NCBI GenBank assembly: GCA_041946805.1
Contig: JBHGBC010000014.1
Span: forward strand, 12,390 to 76,389
DNA from: a bacterium
GTDB taxonomy: Bacteria > Hinthialibacterota > Hinthialibacteria > Hinthialibacterales > Hinthialibacteraceae
Length of the DNA stretch: 64,000 nt
Direction of reading: 5' to 3'
Made by a program: the position numbers and the translations under genes. The notes beneath the pieces are model-generated. The model had not been told where the DNA came from, made no database searches, and saw nothing but the letters and a program-made list of their open reading frames with translations. Below, piece after piece: positions 1 to 10,620 of the stretch; position 1 is the first letter of the stretch; each line of letters begins with the position of its first letter.

Positions 1-138
1 CCAAGCCCGAAACATGATCATAGAAACCTTCCCGGGAAAAGCCGGTCAGGGAGATTCCACCCGGGTTCGGACCCGGCCCCGGGGCCGACGTTCCGGCCGG
101 AACCAGCCTATCACCCCTCGAGGGAGTGTCACAAGAGC

Positions 139-890
139 ATGGACGAAAACGAGTTGTTCCGATCGGCCTTGGGATAGGCGGCGCCATGGCAGGCGGTCCG
201 CTTGGCGTTTTCCTTGGAAGCGCAGCCGTTGGATAGCGGTCTTGATTTCCCCTGTGGGAATCAGTTTCCCTGTCCGGAATGCGGCCTGTTGTGCGGGGCG
301 TATGATACACAGGAGCGGACCTGGCGGCATCTGAATAGCAACCGGCGCCAAATCCATTTGCATGCCCGTCCGCCGCGCGTGCAGTGCCCCGAGGGCGGAG
401 TCTGGAGCAGAACGTGGCCCAGGCGCGCCGCCGCAGGGATCTTGCGGAGGTGTCGCGGGTGGGGGTGGACGAAACCGTGCGCGCCCAGGGCCTTCAGTAC
501 ATGACGGGGTTCAAGGATTTGGAGGAACGCCGGATCGGGATCTCCACGGAAGGGAAGGACGCGGAGACGGTGAACGAGTTCAAGGCCGGTCTGGAGGCGC
601 GCGGGGGGCCAGCGGAGCGGGTGGAGGAATTTTGCCAGGATCTGCCGCCGGTGACCGCGTTAGCCAAGACGATGAAACGGCATTGGAACGGAGTGGCGCG
701 GGGGTTTCAAACGGAGATCAGCCATGGATTCATGGAAGGCATGAACCGCCTCATCCAGGCGGCGAATGCGCGTCCGCGGGGATACCGCAGTGTCAACTAT
801 TTCATCACCATGATATAACTGAACGGCGGGAAATTGGTGTTTCGCTGGCCAAGTCCGCCGGCCGTGACCCAAACTAAACAGCGAGGAGGC
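139..890 (+). pseudogene. ISL3-family transposase remnant (nonsense codons, frame change, internal deletions)
   Basis: ATG at 139 reads MDENELFRSALG*APWQ... into the ISL3 zinc finger (CPECG..YDTQERTWRHLN..PRVQCPEGGV). A second frame gives VGVDET...EGKD..TV...KTMKRHWNG...EGMNRLIQAA..RGYRS..FITMI*. The sequence ACCCAAACTAAACAGCGAGGAGGC at 867-890 resembles an ISL3 right end. Confidence 0.85.
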
Positions 891-900
891 GATAAATCGA

Positions 901-2781
901 ATGATGAAAATCCCGAATCTTATCCTTCTCACCTATCTCGTATCACAGCATCCCGCACATTCTTCGATCACGATTGGGGCGGTTCCCGACAGCGTTCGAG
1001 TGAATCCGCAAACGGGGCGGATTTACGAGAACAGCGATGTCTATCCCGCAAACGACCGCTGGCAATCCGGCTACCGGGATGAGAACTCCGTCTGGCGCAA
1101 GGATCGAGACCGCAACAAAGTATTTCTATGGGGGGCGCGCAATGAATACGTCTCCGCTCAAATAATTCTTGCCAGAAACGATTCCGATTTGTCTGAAATG
1201 ATCATCGAAATCAGCGAACTCAAAGGACCGGCTGTCATCCCATGCGCCAAGAATATTTCACTGTTCAAAGAGTGGTATGTTAAGGTCGACCGGCCGTCGG
1301 AAGCGTATATTCGCTCCCTTGGTCTTGGTTGGTATCCCGAAATATTGATACCCTATAACGAAGAGGAATCCGGAAAGCACGGGATGCCATTCTCGCTGCC
1401 CGATGCCCAGAATAAAATCCCCGGCCAACAGAATCAAGCATTTTGGTTGGATGTATTTGTGCCCAAAACCATACCCGCCGGTCTCTATCAAGGCACGATA
1501 ACCATCCAGGGAAAGGCGGGTGATACATTTTTCCATCACGCCGTGCCGTTGGAACTTCAGGTTATGGATTTCACTCTCCCGGACGATTATCATTTCATTC
1601 CCAGTTTAAATACCTACGGCCAACCATTTCGCGATGCCAGCCGAACGATGGAGTACTTTCAAACCGCTCATCGCCATCGCTGCCTGTGTGAATCATTCAA
1701 TCCCAAGCCGCCATTCCAAGGGAGAGGTGAGCAAGTCAAAATAGATTGGATGGCCTACGATGAAACGCTCTCCCCGTTTTTGGATGGAACAGCTTTCACG
1801 TCGAAATATAATTATTATGGACCGGGAACGGGTCGGCCCATTGCTCGAATATATCTTCCTTTTACCAACAATCAAAGTTGGGTGGGGAAGGCGGTACCCT
1901 TGGGGGATTCCGATCATGAATCGACCTATCAAGAAGTACTAAGACAGATAGAACGGCATTTTGACGAAAAGGGATGGAATCAGACTGTCTTGGTATTTTT
2001 CATCAACGATTTTGATGAAACCAAAACCCAGGAAGGTCATGGGTGGATTGAATACTATGGAAAACTTCTCTGGTCGGCTGGGCTCAAAAATCCCTCTCGT
2101 TTCCGATACCGATTTGACAGCGGGGCTTTGCGCAATATCAGCGAACATATACCAGAATGGACATCGGAAATCCTTATCCACAAATTGGACGAGGTCAACC
2201 TGTGGGTGGTTTGCGGAGCCGAGAAATACATCTCGGCCAACGAGGCCGCCGCTCTCCGCCGCCAGGGCAAAGATGTTTGGTTCTATTTTTCAAACACCTC
2301 GGGAGAACCTTGCATCGGCAGTTGTTATATCGACGCGGAGTTGATTGGATTGCGTACATGGCCTTGGATCGGCATGCGGTACGGATTGACCTCCGCCTGC
2401 ATCTGGGAGTGGACCTATGGAGCGAGTATCGTAAAGAGATGGACCGATCCCTGGACCGGAGAGGCCGGCGCCCGTGGAAACGGCGATGCCTGCTTGATTT
2501 ATGATGGCTCGTTTGCCGGAATCCAAAGAATGTGTCCATCCATACGCTTGAAGTCTCTTCGCCGCGGCGTACAAGATTATGAATACTTATGGATATTAGC
2601 CAATGAATTCCATAGATCGAAAACCGTCGAAGAGATAGTCCGCCAAATCATTCCCGCAGCACTCGATCAAGCCGGCGCCCAGCCTCCAGGAAAATGGAAG
2701 CATGATCCCGAGAGTTGGGAGAAGGCGCGGCAACAGATTGCATCTGAAATCATGAAATGCCAATCGAAGGCAATGCAATAG
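901..2781 (+). CDS. Secreted GH123-like / DUF4091-domain protein
   Basis: Signal-peptide-like N-terminus; GARNEYVSAQ; FWLDVFVPKTIPAGLYQGTITI; C-terminal NGDACLIY...PSIRLKSLRRGVQDYEYL (DUF4091 pattern). Confidence 0.75.
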   Translation: MMKIPNLILLTYLVSQHPAHSSITIGAVPDSVRVNPQTGRIYENSDVYPANDRWQSGYRDENSVWRKDRDRNKVFLWGARNEYVSAQIILARNDSDLSEMIIEISELKGPAVIPCAKNISLFKEWYVKVDRPSEAYIRSLGLGWYPEILIPYNEEESGKHGMPFSLPDAQNKIPGQQNQAFWLDVFVPKTIPAGLYQGTITIQGKAGDTFFHHAVPLELQVMDFTLPDDYHFIPSLNTYGQPFRDASRTMEYFQTAHRHRCLCESFNPKPPFQGRGEQVKIDWMAYDETLSPFLDGTAFTSKYNYYGPGTGRPIARIYLPFTNNQSWVGKAVPLGDSDHESTYQEVLRQIERHFDEKGWNQTVLVFFINDFDETKTQEGHGWIEYYGKLLWSAGLKNPSRFRYRFDSGALRNISEHIPEWTSEILIHKLDEVNLWVVCGAEKYISANEAAALRRQGKDVWFYFSNTSGEPCIGSCYIDAELIGLRTWPWIGMRYGLTSACIWEWTYGASIVKRWTDPWTGEAGARGNGDACLIYDGSFAGIQRMCPSIRLKSLRRGVQDYEYLWILANEFHRSKTVEEIVRQIIPAALDQAGAQPPGKWKHDPESWEKARQQIASEIMKCQSKAMQ

Positions 2782-3130
2782 AATCTGAACAAAGAGCTTT
2801 GGTCGATTATATACAATTAGCACAACCATTCGGCATTCGTGGTAAGTTGGCTTATGGCGGTCGAAAAATGAGCTGGGTGCGGTCGATAAGTGCGGGCTTT
2901 CAGGATCCCGCTTTTCAAATATCTTCCCGGCGGATGCGCACTCGAATCCGGGTCCCTTGCTCCATGCCGCGATACACCTCGGTTCCCCTCCCTGAAAGTT
3001 TTTTCTTTCCGGTTTCGGAAGAATGGACCGCCCTTTTCAACCGCCCTCTCCTCGACGACCTTCGCCGCACTTTTCAACCGCCGTTTACATGTGAGAGCGC
3101 CGCGTGGATTGAGTCAATCGGGAGCCTTGA

Positions 3131-3364
3131 CTATTTATTTATAATTTTGGCCATTTCAAAAATCGCCATGATCGATCCAATTCCTAATAAAGCATAACCC
3201 ATGAAGCTATCCCCGCCCCAAACAATGCCCACCACGATCAATCCGAAAGCCAGACCGGCCAGGGGAGTGATTTTTTTACTTTCTTTATATGTGAATAAAA
3301 CCAGCACGGCAATGACCGCCAGGACGACAATCGCTAGTGCGAGGTAGATCTGGGACGGATTCAT
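3131..3364 (-). CDS. Small membrane protein (about 3 hydrophobic helices)
   Basis: 77-aa ORF with a GGAGG RBS and strongly hydrophobic segments. Confidence 0.7.
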   Translation of the reverse strand: MNPSQIYLALAIVVLAVIAVLVLFTYKESKKITPLAGLAFGLIVVGIVWGGDSFMGYALLGIGSIMAIFEMAKIINK

Positions 3365-3560
3365 GGCATTTCCTCCGCGTCTGATATTGATTGAATTGCC
3401 ATCTCGCTGTGCCGGCTTTCCTGATCCAGCGGTTCCCCTGAAACGGCTCCCGGTTTTCTACCGATCCAGCCGGCCGAATCACTCTCCCCGAAGACCGGTG
3501 GAGGTTAGGAGGGGGCAGTCATTCTCGTAAAAAAACAGACCTCATGAATCGCCGCACAAA

Positions 3561-4184
3561 CTACTGCCCCAGCTTGATGGTTTCGTTGTCCTGGGTGTAC
3601 GGAACCCCCGCCGGGCCCGAGAGGTCCGTCCGCAGGAATCCCTGTTTTTCGCTGGCGATGATGTCCCCTTTCGAATTCAGGCCGTTGCTGGGATCGTACG
3701 GGCGGGTGGGATAGGCCTGGCGAGTCTTGTCCGGCCCCCATCCCCACACCCACCAGGTCCCATGCAAGGAATCCAATCCCGATTTGATTCCCACGTACAA
3801 ATACCAGCCCGCCTGCAGGCCGTCGCCCCGGTCGTCGCTCATCGTCACGTTGCTGGGCATGTCGATGAAGGGATCGTACGGGATCTGGGACATGTAGGCG
3901 ATCGGCGAAGTGATCGGACTCAGGTTGTACGTGTGCGAGAGCTGGGCGACCTCGCACAGGCCGCACGGCCATCCCGGCGGCCGGAAGGGGATGAAGTTGT
4001 TATCGATCCGGTACATGTCGACGGCGTTCGCCTGCGCGCGGATATCGGCCATGGAACGGCTGATCAAGGCCCGGACCTGCGCGTTCAGGAAATTCGGCAC
4101 CGCGATGGCCGCCAACACGCCGATAATGGCCACGACGATCAGCAATTCAATCAGGGTGAAGGAACGGTTTCGCCTCATGGTCAT
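3561..4184 (-). CDS. Prepilin-type N-terminal cleavage/methylation (type IV pilin/PulG-like) protein
   Basis: MRRNRS|FTLIELLIVVAIIGVLAAIAVPNFLNA; C-terminal YDPSNGLNSKGD. Start is 4184 or 4178. Confidence 0.9.
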   Translation of the reverse strand: MTMRRNRSFTLIELLIVVAIIGVLAAIAVPNFLNAQVRALISRSMADIRAQANAVDMYRIDNNFIPFRPPGWPCGLCEVAQLSHTYNLSPITSPIAYMSQIPYDPFIDMPSNVTMSDDRGDGLQAGWYLYVGIKSGLDSLHGTWWVWGWGPDKTRQAYPTRPYDPSNGLNSKGDIIASEKQGFLRTDLSGPAGVPYTQDNETIKLGQ

Positions 4185-4362
4185 CTCTGCTTCCCAAATC
4201 AAAATGGATAACCAGCATCCGCTATTTTACCATAAATCCCGAGGCCAGGTCACGCGGTTCCAAGCCGAAACACAATAATATTTGGCTAATGGTTTACCCG
4301 AATTCAGTACTTTCTCCGTGCTTTATTCGTAGTGAGAGCATAGAGGGGATCGCTAAAAGATC

Positions 4363-4841
4363 CCCTCTCCCTCTGGGAGAGGGCCAGGGTGAGGGAAACC
4401 GTGGAAGGGCGCGATTCATCTTCTATATCAGTGTAATCGGGTAAATGGCTGATTAATTTCCCACTCTTCTGCCTTCAAACTGATCCTTACCCTGCCGTCA
4501 AATACGGATGACATCCCCGCGCGGGCGGGAAACCAGTTCGTTGTAGGATGGATTATCGCGTAGCGCGTAATCCATCATCTCTGCGCCTGTCCAGCCAGCT
4601 GAATTACTCCTCTGGCGATGAGTGGAGGATAGGCTCTGTTGAGTTTCCGTCTTACATGATCCACCGGAATTCTGTAAAGTGACGCGAGCACCAAAGGCGC
4701 GTCCGAAGCGAGCTCAGGGCCACGCCCTGGGAAAATGACGAGAAAAGTGATAATTCCCTCTCCCTATGGGAGAGGGGTCGGGTGAGGGAGACCGTGGAGG
4801 AGTACGATTCATCCTCCATATCCGCGTTATCGGGTAAATGG
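4363..4841. repeat. Two 86-bp direct repeats (4363-4448, 4756-4841) enclosing further palindromic REP-like units
   Basis: Ungapped alignment by eye gives 72/86 identity. Each copy starts with the CCCTCTCCC..GGGAGAGGG..GGGTGAGGG palindrome. A GTAG-headed hairpin lies at 4543-4576. Confidence 0.85.
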
Positions 4842-4903
4842 ATGCTTCGAAAAAAATCCATGTTGTGTTCAACGGGATTTAAAAAAGAGGGGAGATCAAA
4901 CCG

Positions 4904-7720
4904 ATGATTGACCGTGAATTCCGCGCCGCGTTTTTTATCCTGGCCGTAGTATCGTTCCTTGGGATTCATCCAACCGCCTGGCCGGATGAAATCGTCTTGG
5001 AAAACCAATTCGTGCAATACGTCATCGGCCCGGATGGAAAGAACCTGCATTTCCTGGATAAATCCTCCGGCCGGGATTTTTGTGATCTCTCTTCTCCCAC
5101 ATTTTGCGCCGCGATCCAGGCGGGTGGACAAGAGCGCCCCGCCACCGCCGCATCGTTTGACGGCCAACATCTCCAGTTGGAATTTGGTGACACCGGCGTC
5201 CGCGCCATGGTGAAGGTGACCAACCGGGACCGCTATTTCCTGTTGGAGGTAAACGAAGTCACCGGCGGTGAAGTGGATTCCTTCACCTTCCTGCATGTCC
5301 CGCTCGTGGATCCCGGCAACCCGCTGGCGGGTTGCGTGTTGGCTCTCGATCTCCAGACCAACGTCCCCGAATTGCCCCAGGCCAACGCCCTGTTGCGGGC
5401 AACCGCTTATTCCCGCTTCGGCCTGGCCGGTGCGGAGGCGGCCCTGATCGGTTGTCCCCATTCCGAATTGCGCGGCGTCATGAAGGAAGTGGTCAGCCAG
5501 GCGGACGAGATCCCCCGTTCCACCCTCGGCGGCCCGTGGGCCATGGACGCGGCGATCAACAAGGGATCATACCTCTTCAACTTCGGCGATATGTCCATCG
5601 ACAAGGTGGATGAGTGGATCGCCCTCGCCAAGCAGTTGGGAATCACACAAATCGATTTCCACGGCGGCTCCTCGTTCCGCTTCGGCGACTGCGAACCCAA
5701 TCCCAAAACCTATCCGGAAGGCCGCCAGAGTTTCAAGGCCGTCATCGACCGCCTGCACGAGGCCGGCATCGCCGCCGGTTTGCACACCTACGCGTTCTTC
5801 ATCGACAAGAAATGCCCCTGGGTCACGCCCGTTCCCGATCCCCGGCTGGGCAAGGACGCCACTTTCACTCTCGCGGCCGATTTGACTATCGACGCATCGG
5901 CGGTGCCGGTGATTGAATCCACGGAAAAGATGTCCACCATCACGGGATTCTTTGTCCAGAACAGCGTGACCCTGCAAATCGAGGACGAATTGATCATCTA
6001 CGCGGGCATCGCCAAGGAACCGCCGTACGCCTTCACCCCGTGCCAGCGGGGCGCCTACGGCACCAAAGCCGCTTCTCATCCCCAAGGGGCCAAGGTCCAT
6101 CATCTCAAGGAATGCTTCGGATTGTTCACTCCCGAGGGGGATTCCACTTTGCTCACCGAAGTCGCCGCCCGCCAGGCCGACATGTACAACGAATGCGGCT
6201 TCGACATGATGTACCTGGACGCCTTGGACGGCGAGAGCATCCTCGGCGGTTGGGAACACAGCTGGCATTACGGTTCGAAGTATGTCTTCGAATTGGCCTC
6301 CCGCCTGAAAAAGCCGGCCTTGATGGAAATGAGCACCTTCCATCATCACCTGTGGTACGTCCGGTCCCGCATGGGCGCGTGGGACCATCCCACCCGCGGG
6401 CACAAACGCTTCATCGATCTGCACTGCCAGGCCAACGAGGAACTGAAAAAGATGTTTCTGCCCGGCCACCTGGGCTGGTGGGCGATCAAGACCTGGTCCG
6501 GCATTCAGGGCGAACCGACCTTCTTCGACGACATCGAATATCTCTGCGGCAAAAGCCTGGGCAACGAAGTGGGCTTTTCCATCATGGGCATCAATCCGGA
6601 AAACCGCCATCAACCTCTCTACCAGCGGTTTTCGGAAATCATCCGGCGGTATGAGAACCTGCGGCACGCCGGCTATTTCGGCGAAAAGACCAAGGAACAA
6701 CTGCGCCAGCCGGGAAAGGAATTCACCCTCAGAAAAACCGCCGGTGACCAATGGCGGCTGGTCCCGCGCGCGTATGTCAAACACAAAGTGGCAGGGCTGA
6801 AGGATGGTACCAACACGTGGAACGTGCACAATCCCTACGCGGATCAACCCCTCCGGCTGCGGCTGGAAGCCCTGATGTCAACCCGGCCCTACGACGCCAC
6901 CGAGGCCATCGTGCTCACGGATTGCGCCAATTCAGATGAGTTTGCGGACCGCGCCGCCGCCGAGGGAGTCCACGGGGATTTCCGGTCCGCTACCTCAGAA
7001 ACAAAGGGTGGATCCGCCAACGGGATTCTCACCGCCGCCAACACCGGCGTCGCCGAGGCCTCCGCCGCCTGGTACATGGCCGGGACGGCGTTCTCCAAGC
7101 CGCTCAATCTGGACGGCCACCAGGCGCTGGGCGTGTGGATCAAGGGCGACGGCCGGGGCGAAGTGCTGAATCTGCAGCTGCGCAGCCCCGAACACCTGAT
7201 CGGCGGCTTCGGCGAGCGGTATATCGTGATCGACTTCACCGGCTGGAAATATTTCGAGCTGATCGAAATGGAGGCCGAGCGCTACAGCGGCTACCGCTGG
7301 CCGTATGGTTCACTGTATTCCGCCTACCGGGAGAACCTGGTCTTCAGCCAGGTGGACCATCTGAATTTATGGTTCAATAACATCCCCGCCGGCCAGTCCG
7401 TGGAATGCCAAATCAGCCCCATCCAGGCCCTGCCCACCGTGAGCATGACGATCAAGAATCCCTCGGTCCATGTTGGGGACGCGAAGATCACCTTTCCGGC
7501 CGAATTGCAATCGGGCGAGTACATCGAAATGTTCTCGGTGACCGATTGCACGCATTACGGGAAGGATGGCAATGTTATCGCGAACGTGAAGCCGGTGGGA
7601 AACCTGCCTCTGTTGCGGAACGGGAAGAATACCCTCGAGTTTCACTGCGAACCGGATTTGGATTTGAATCCCCATGTGAAGGTCACGGTCATTTGTGAAG
7701 ACACCCCGGAGGAAGAATAA
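4904..7720 (+). CDS. Large secreted protein, probable glycoside-hydrolase-like TIM barrel plus beta-sandwich domains
   Basis: Signal peptide; FKAVIDRLHEAGIAAGLH and GFDMMYLDALDG (clan-D-like barrel motifs); CBM-like LGVWIKGDG..LNLQL..IDFTGWKYFEL. Confidence 0.6.
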   Translation: MIDREFRAAFFILAVVSFLGIHPTAWPDEIVLENQFVQYVIGPDGKNLHFLDKSSGRDFCDLSSPTFCAAIQAGGQERPATAASFDGQHLQLEFGDTGVRAMVKVTNRDRYFLLEVNEVTGGEVDSFTFLHVPLVDPGNPLAGCVLALDLQTNVPELPQANALLRATAYSRFGLAGAEAALIGCPHSELRGVMKEVVSQADEIPRSTLGGPWAMDAAINKGSYLFNFGDMSIDKVDEWIALAKQLGITQIDFHGGSSFRFGDCEPNPKTYPEGRQSFKAVIDRLHEAGIAAGLHTYAFFIDKKCPWVTPVPDPRLGKDATFTLAADLTIDASAVPVIESTEKMSTITGFFVQNSVTLQIEDELIIYAGIAKEPPYAFTPCQRGAYGTKAASHPQGAKVHHLKECFGLFTPEGDSTLLTEVAARQADMYNECGFDMMYLDALDGESILGGWEHSWHYGSKYVFELASRLKKPALMEMSTFHHHLWYVRSRMGAWDHPTRGHKRFIDLHCQANEELKKMFLPGHLGWWAIKTWSGIQGEPTFFDDIEYLCGKSLGNEVGFSIMGINPENRHQPLYQRFSEIIRRYENLRHAGYFGEKTKEQLRQPGKEFTLRKTAGDQWRLVPRAYVKHKVAGLKDGTNTWNVHNPYADQPLRLRLEALMSTRPYDATEAIVLTDCANSDEFADRAAAEGVHGDFRSATSETKGGSANGILTAANTGVAEASAAWYMAGTAFSKPLNLDGHQALGVWIKGDGRGEVLNLQLRSPEHLIGGFGERYIVIDFTGWKYFELIEMEAERYSGYRWPYGSLYSAYRENLVFSQVDHLNLWFNNIPAGQSVECQISPIQALPTVSMTIKNPSVHVGDAKITFPAELQSGEYIEMFSVTDCTHYGKDGNVIANVKPVGNLPLLRNGKNTLEFHCEPDLDLNPHVKVTVICEDTPEEE

Positions 7721-7845
7721 AAACACACTTCCTTTCTCCCTCTCCCTCGGGGGGTGGGGTGGGGTGAGGGAAGATGCATAGGTTTCGGGTTTCGGTGTTT
7801 TTCGGATTCACTTGATTGTCCGGGCCGATCTCCCCAGGCTCCAGG

Positions 7846-9093
7846 CTATTCCATCGTATTTCCCGCGGAACTGGCCGGTTCATTGGATACCGGGATGAAT
7901 TTCAAGCACACCGGCGTGGGGATTTCCGTGATCGCGCCCGTGAACTCCAGCCGCCCGGTTTGGGCGTCACGCCGGAACGTGGCCACCGTGCCGGAATCCT
8001 GGTTGGCCGCCAGCAGGAACTGGCCCGTGGGATCGAGGGCGAAATTGCGGGGCGTCTTTCCCTGGGTCGATACATGCTCCACGTAAGTCAGGTTGCCGGT
8101 GCCCGCGCCGATCTGGTAAACGACGATACTGTTGTGCCCGCGGTTGGAGCCGTAGACGAATTTCCCGTCGGGCGATACGTGGATATCCGCGCAATAACTG
8201 GTTCCCTTGAAATCAGCCGGCAACGCGGGGACGGTTTGGATTTTCGCCAACGCGCCGGTGGCGGAATCGTACGAATACGCGTTGATCGTGTTGTCGAGTT
8301 CCTGGATCGAAAACGCCCACGGGCCGCTGGGATGAAAGACGAAATGCCGCGGACCGGCCGCGGGATCGGTCTGTACAAAGGGCGTGGAGTTGGGAATCAG
8401 TTTCCCCTGCGCGCGGTCGAGTTGATAAATCATGATCTTGTCGAGCCCCAGGTCGGGAACAAACACGAAACGTTCCGCGGGATCCAGGACGATCGAGTGC
8501 GGATGCGGGCCATCCTGGCGCCGGGGATCCGCGCCCGCACCGGTGTGTTGCACGACATCCGAGGCGGGCGCCAGCTTTCCATCGCTTTCGACGGGAAACA
8601 CACAGGCGTTGCGGCCGCTGTAGTTCGCCGCGAAGATCCAGCGGCTCTCGCGGTCCACGCTGACATAACACGGCGCGCCGCCCTGGGTGGATTGCCGGTT
8701 CAGGAAGGTCAGGCCGCCCGTTTTCAGATCGATGGAAAACGCGCTGACGCCGCCCGAGCGGGAATTTTCATTCACCGCGTACAGGTATTTCGATTGAGGC
8801 TCGATACACAGGTACGAAGGATTTTGAATCCCCACCGCCTTGTTCGCGTAGGTCAGCCCGCCGGTTTCCGCGTTGAACCGGTACACGTAGATCCCTTCAC
8901 TGCCGCCGGAGGTGTACGTTCCCACAACCATATAAAACTCAGTTTCCGGTGTAGACATGGCGGACGCCTCGCTTGGCGGCCAAAAGAATGGAAATCCATC
9001 CAGATTGGAATTCACGAATCCGGCCCCGATCGGCAAAACCGCCAGGCAGATCAGCCAACGCCGGCGTGATGGAAAATGACATGGATGACGCAT
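7846..9093 (-). CDS. pgl: Lactonase family (6-phosphogluconolactonase / cycloisomerase beta-propeller), exported
   Basis: VGTYT, NPSYL, ANYSG, RQDGPHPH, DLGLD, GPRH, SNRGHNSI, PRNF, ANQDS motifs; SRRRWL N-terminus. Confidence 0.85.
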   Translation of the reverse strand: MRHPCHFPSRRRWLICLAVLPIGAGFVNSNLDGFPFFWPPSEASAMSTPETEFYMVVGTYTSGGSEGIYVYRFNAETGGLTYANKAVGIQNPSYLCIEPQSKYLYAVNENSRSGGVSAFSIDLKTGGLTFLNRQSTQGGAPCYVSVDRESRWIFAANYSGRNACVFPVESDGKLAPASDVVQHTGAGADPRRQDGPHPHSIVLDPAERFVFVPDLGLDKIMIYQLDRAQGKLIPNSTPFVQTDPAAGPRHFVFHPSGPWAFSIQELDNTINAYSYDSATGALAKIQTVPALPADFKGTSYCADIHVSPDGKFVYGSNRGHNSIVVYQIGAGTGNLTYVEHVSTQGKTPRNFALDPTGQFLLAANQDSGTVATFRRDAQTGRLEFTGAITEIPTPVCLKFIPVSNEPASSAGNTME

Positions 9094-9289
9094 GATGGTG
9101 ATTCCTTTTGATCATCTGGATCCCAGGGTCAAAATCCTGGGCCGCTCGCAAACCCTATCGCTAATGCATTCCCTCTCCCCCCGGGAGAGGGCCAGGGTGA
9201 GGGAATCTTGTAGGGGCGGACCTTCGTGTCCGCCCCATGTGCCGCGCATCTCCCGTCCGGTTTTTGGGCGGCCTCCATCCCCTGTTCCT

Positions 9290-10507
9290 CTACGATTGAA
9301 ACGGATACCGTACCTTCTCGATCGGCAATCCCCGCACATCGATCTGCGATAGATCCGCCGTGCCCAAACCCGCGCGTTCCGCCAATAGCAGGTGGTTGTC
9401 CCCGTTCTCGAACGGCGTGGTTCCCCGCTCCGCCCGCGGATCGGGATAGCCCATGACCGCCAGGCCGACGGCGTCCGTCGACACGGGATTGAGCCCCGCG
9501 ATCAACACTCCGGGCGCCACCGGCTTAATTCCGCGCGACCAGAATCCCTCGCCGCCGCTCATCGAGGTGATGCCGTCGATCACCGCCAGATGCACCGGAC
9601 GCGCCGCGCACAGATCCACGACCACCCGGGGCACCACGAAGCCCGCGTCGCGGCCGAGTTTCTGCTTGACGCCCGGCAGCGCGACCGCCCTGCCCCACCG
9701 GCCGCCACCATGCATGGAACCGCGCGCCTGGATGGCGTCTTCCGATCCGGCGTCATCGCCGTAGAGAGAGCACGGCGTGATGCCGAACATGTTCTTCATG
9801 GAGAGCGTGATGCCGGCGATCCCATGATTCTTCAGCTTGGCCAGCGAAATCAATACATCCGTGTCTTCGTAGGCTTGATTCAATTGGAACGAGTCGAAAA
9901 GCAGTGCCGGTTCGGGAACCTTGATTTCCGCGTAACTTTTCCCACTCCCCAGATTCCGGGTGTTTTCGCCTTCCACGTTGCCGAGCGCCAGCAGGCTCTT
10001 CACGTCCCAGCCCACCATTTCCATGACTTCATTCATGGATTTGCGGTAATACGCGCATTCCACGAATCGCACCCGCTTCGCTCCTTCTTCCAAGAGAATG
10101 GCTGCCAACGCGATGGCGGTCGCGCCGTGAGTCAGGTAGGTTTCCCCGGGCGGTTTGCCGAACAGCGTTTCATACGGGCTGCCGGTGAAATTCACCTTCA
10201 CCGTGACCGTCTTGCCTTTCACCAGCGAGCCAATGCCGCCCAGCAGGTCAAAGCATTTTTTCATGGATTCCTTGACTTCCGGCCCGTAACCCCGGCATTC
10301 GGCGATGGCCGCCTTGGCGTTGGCCAGGTGTTCCGCCGGAATCGGCCGGGAGGGAGCTTCCGCCTCCAGGGCGTGCGACAAGGCCCACGGCCCCGCCACG
10401 GCCACGCCCACTCCCAAACGCAAGAAACGGCGCCGGCTGCAGGGATACGGGAGTTTCTCTAAGGTCTGTTTCTCCAGAATCTGGTTTACCGAGGTCTTCT
10501 TTTTCAC
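9290..10507 (-). CDS. DUF362-domain protein with Tat signal
   Basis: SRRRFL Tat motif; VTVKVN, THGA, LAKLKNH..AGITLSMKNMFG, VIDGITSM, NPVSTDAV. Confidence 0.85.
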   Translation of the reverse strand: MKKKTSVNQILEKQTLEKLPYPCSRRRFLRLGVGVAVAGPWALSHALEAEAPSRPIPAEHLANAKAAIAECRGYGPEVKESMKKCFDLLGGIGSLVKGKTVTVKVNFTGSPYETLFGKPPGETYLTHGATAIALAAILLEEGAKRVRFVECAYYRKSMNEVMEMVGWDVKSLLALGNVEGENTRNLGSGKSYAEIKVPEPALLFDSFQLNQAYEDTDVLISLAKLKNHGIAGITLSMKNMFGITPCSLYGDDAGSEDAIQARGSMHGGGRWGRAVALPGVKQKLGRDAGFVVPRVVVDLCAARPVHLAVIDGITSMSGGEGFWSRGIKPVAPGVLIAGLNPVSTDAVGLAVMGYPDPRAERGTTPFENGDNHLLLAERAGLGTADLSQIDVRGLPIEKVRYPFQS

Positions 10508-10620
10508 GGAGGATCTCCTGTCTCGATCAAGCACGGTTCTCGATACAAAATCCCCTTAAAAATACGCTGTTTTGCGGGAAATAACTAGATGAAGAAAATC
10601 TTTTCTGTAAACTAATCCGC

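Noticed and set aside
2781..3130. Short ORFs 2757-3197 and 2817-3077
   Set aside because: They have no motifs and conflicting frames; at most a decayed gene fragment.
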